64,000 bases of DNA from assembly GCA_002269645.1 (NCBI GenBank), contig NIVC01000268.1:372001-436000 (forward strand), written 5' to 3'. This DNA is from Macrostomum lignano (lineage: Eukaryota). The notes under the pieces are model-generated. The model was not told the origin of the DNA. It did no database searches and saw only the letters and a program-made list of their open reading frames with translations. Shown in pieces: positions 61,815 through 64,000 of the stretch. A program made the position numbers and the translations under genes. The number at the start of each line of letters is the position of its first letter. Within the stretch, counting starts at the first letter, position 1.

Positions 61815-62490
61815 ATGACGGACAAAGACTTCAGGAGGCCAAGCGTCGCCTCCCTCAGCGAGTTGCGCAACCAACTGCCTGACGATCTTCGTCAGCAGCA
61901 GAACTCGCGACAGACCGCGTCGAGGCCAACCTACACGGAGGTGCAGCTGGAGGAGGTGCACCAAATCAAACTGGATGACGACGAGAAAATCCGGCACAAG
62001 AAGCAGCTTATGGAAAATCGCAAGGCCGGCCCGAAAGAAGTCCGTAGCAAAGGCGCCGTGGCTTTGGGAATACTTAGTAAAATATTTCCCGTAATAAAGG
62101 TTTTCGTCAACTACAAAGTCAAAGAGTACGCGGTGTACGATCTCCTGTCAGGAATTAGTGTGGGAATGTTTATCATTCCTCAAGGTGAGCGGGGTTACTA
62201 CGGTTTCTAATAGCTAATGTATTCACAGATGCCACTATTTACTGTCGTCATTGACAACTGACGTAGAAGGATGCTAACACGTTCAATTTCTTAGAAATCT
62301 GCACTAGAAAAATCTGATTTCTTAGCGTCCTTCTTTATCGGTCTTCAGTTAATACTAACACCACCATCACCTATTTCAGCCATCGCTTTTTCCCTGCTGG
62401 CCCAGGTGAAGCCTCAATACGGTTTTTATTCCGCTTTCTTTGCCATGCTGATTTACTTTATTTTCGGCACCTCAAATCATCTGAATATGT
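61815..62490 (+). CDS. SLC26 anion transporter paralogue B, 3'-partial (exons 61815-62184, 62380-62490; continues beyond the window)
   Basis: ASRPTY.EVQLEE, VFVNYKVKEYAVYDLLSGISVGMFIIPQ and IAFSLLAQVKPQYGFYSAFFAMLIYFIFGTSNHLNM are near-identical to paralogue A. Exon 2 is 111 nt in both genes. Confidence 0.9.
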
Positions 62491-62602
62491 GTAAGTTTGA
62501 CGCCTGCTATTTCAATTTTTATATGCTCTTGGAGATAGAAATCTGACAAGGAAGCTGCGTGTACTTCTCTGCTTTTCAAGTCTCCGTGTTTGTCACTCTT
62601 TT

Positions 62603-64000
62603 AACAGGTGACTTCTCTGTGTCTGACAGGTGACTTCTCTGTGTCTGACAGCTGACCCCTCTGTGTCTAACATGTAACTCCTCTGTGTCTAACAGGTGAC
62701 CCCTCTGTGTCTAACATGTAACTCCTCTGTGTCTAACAGGTGACTCCTCTGTGTCTAACAGGTGACTCCTCTGTGTCTAACAGCTGACCCCTCTGTGTCT
62801 AACAGGTGACTCCTCTGTATCTAACAGGTGACTCCTCTGTGTCTAACAGGTGACTCCTCTGTATCTAACAGGTGACTCCTCTGTGTCTATCAGGTGACTC
62901 CTCTGTATCTAACAGGTGACTCCTCTGTGTCTAACAGGTGACTCCTCTGTGTCTAACAGGTGACTTCTCTGTATCTGACAGGTGACTTCTCTGTGTCTAA
63001 CAGGTGACTTCTCTGTGTCTAACAGGTGAATCCTCTGTATCTAACAGGTGACTTCTCTGTATCTGACAGGTGACTTCTCTGTGTCTAACAGGTGACTCCT
63101 CTGTGTCTATCAGGTGACTCCTCTGTATCTAACAGGTGACTCCTCTGTGTCTAACAGGTGACTCCTCTGTGTCTAACAGGTGACTTCTCTGTATCTGACA
63201 GGTGACTTCTCTGTGTCTAACAGGTGACTTCTCTGTGTCTAACAGGTGAATCCTCTGTATCTAACAGGTGACTTCTCTGTATCTGACAGGTGACTTCTCT
63301 GTGTCTAACAGGTGACTCCTCTGTGTCTAACAGGTGACTTCTCTGTATCTGACAGGTGACTTCTCTGTGTCTGGCAGGTGACTCCTCTGTGTCTGGCAGG
63401 TGACTCCTCTGTGTCTAACAGGTGACTCCTCTGTATCTAACAGGTGGCTCATCTGTATCTAACAGGTGACTTCTCTGTGTCTAACAGGTGACTCCTCTGT
63501 GTCTAACAGGTGACTCCTCTGTATCTAACAGGTGACTCATCTGTGTCTAACAGGTGACTTCTCTGTGTCTAACAGGTGACTTCTCTGTATCTGACAGGTG
63601 ACTTCTCTGTGTCTAACAGGTGACTCCTCTGTGTCTAACAGGTGACTTCTCTGTGTCTAACAGGTGACTCATCTGTGTCTAACAGGTGACTCCTCTGTAT
63701 CTAACAGGTGACTTCTCTGTATCTGACAGGTGACTTCTCTGTGTCTAACAGGTGACTTCTCTGTGTCTAACAGGTGACTCCTCTGTATCTAACAGGTGAC
63801 TCCTCTGTGTCTAACAGGTGACTCCTCTGTGTCTAACAGGTGACTCCTCTGTATCTAACAGGTGACTTCTCTGTATCTGACAGGTGACTTCTCTGTGTCT
63901 AACAGGTGACTCCTCTGTGTCTAACAGGTGACTCCTCTGTATCTAACAGGTGGCTCATCTGTATCTAACAGGTGACTTCTCTGTGTCTAACAGGTGACTC
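62603..64000 (+). repeat. 22-bp minisatellite family A, array 3, in SLC26-B intron 2 (sense to the gene), running off the window
   Basis: Same unit, GTGACTCCTCTGTGTCTAACAG, with variants. Confidence 0.97.

Noticed and set aside
59624-61818. Series of 158-186-aa ORFs with 14-aa repeats
   Set aside because: Translation of the 42-bp satellite; no splice signals or domain.

Overview
Eukaryotic (metazoan) genomic DNA with GT-AG introns and a very high density of minisatellites. A 30-nt match to the flatworm spliced-leader exon that I recall for Macrostomum, plus the minisatellite-filled introns, suggests a Macrostomum-type free-living flatworm (inference). I built gene models by hand and checked exon phases. 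Genes, left to right: a 5'-partial PLP-dependent serine/threonine dehydratase/racemase-family gene (+); a 13-exon NACHT-WD40 (NWD1/2-like) gene (-); a 10-exon bifunctional LKR/SDH gene, AASS (+); two tandem paralogous GPI-anchored two-domain Ly6/three-finger-like genes (+); a secreted WSC+PAN/Apple gene (+); and two head-to-head SLC26 anion-transporter paralogues, one complete (-) with an apparent 1-nt frameshift and one 3'-partial (+). Mobile-element remnants include a LINE RT fragment, a LINE RNase H/Zn-finger tail, two Crypton-type tyrosine-recombinase remnants, a Tc1/IS630-like HTH fragment, two tRNA-derived SINE copies and several MITE-like inverted-repeat elements. About 25 tandem arrays are present and explain all of the long repetitive ORFs in the track. 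The best leads are an orphan spliced-leader relic inside an intron, a 22-bp satellite whose unit reads like a complete recursive splice site and lies sense in two host introns, a convergent split-Crypton element with inverted ends, and a Ly6 paralogue exon that starts with a consensus donor and could be skipped in frame.
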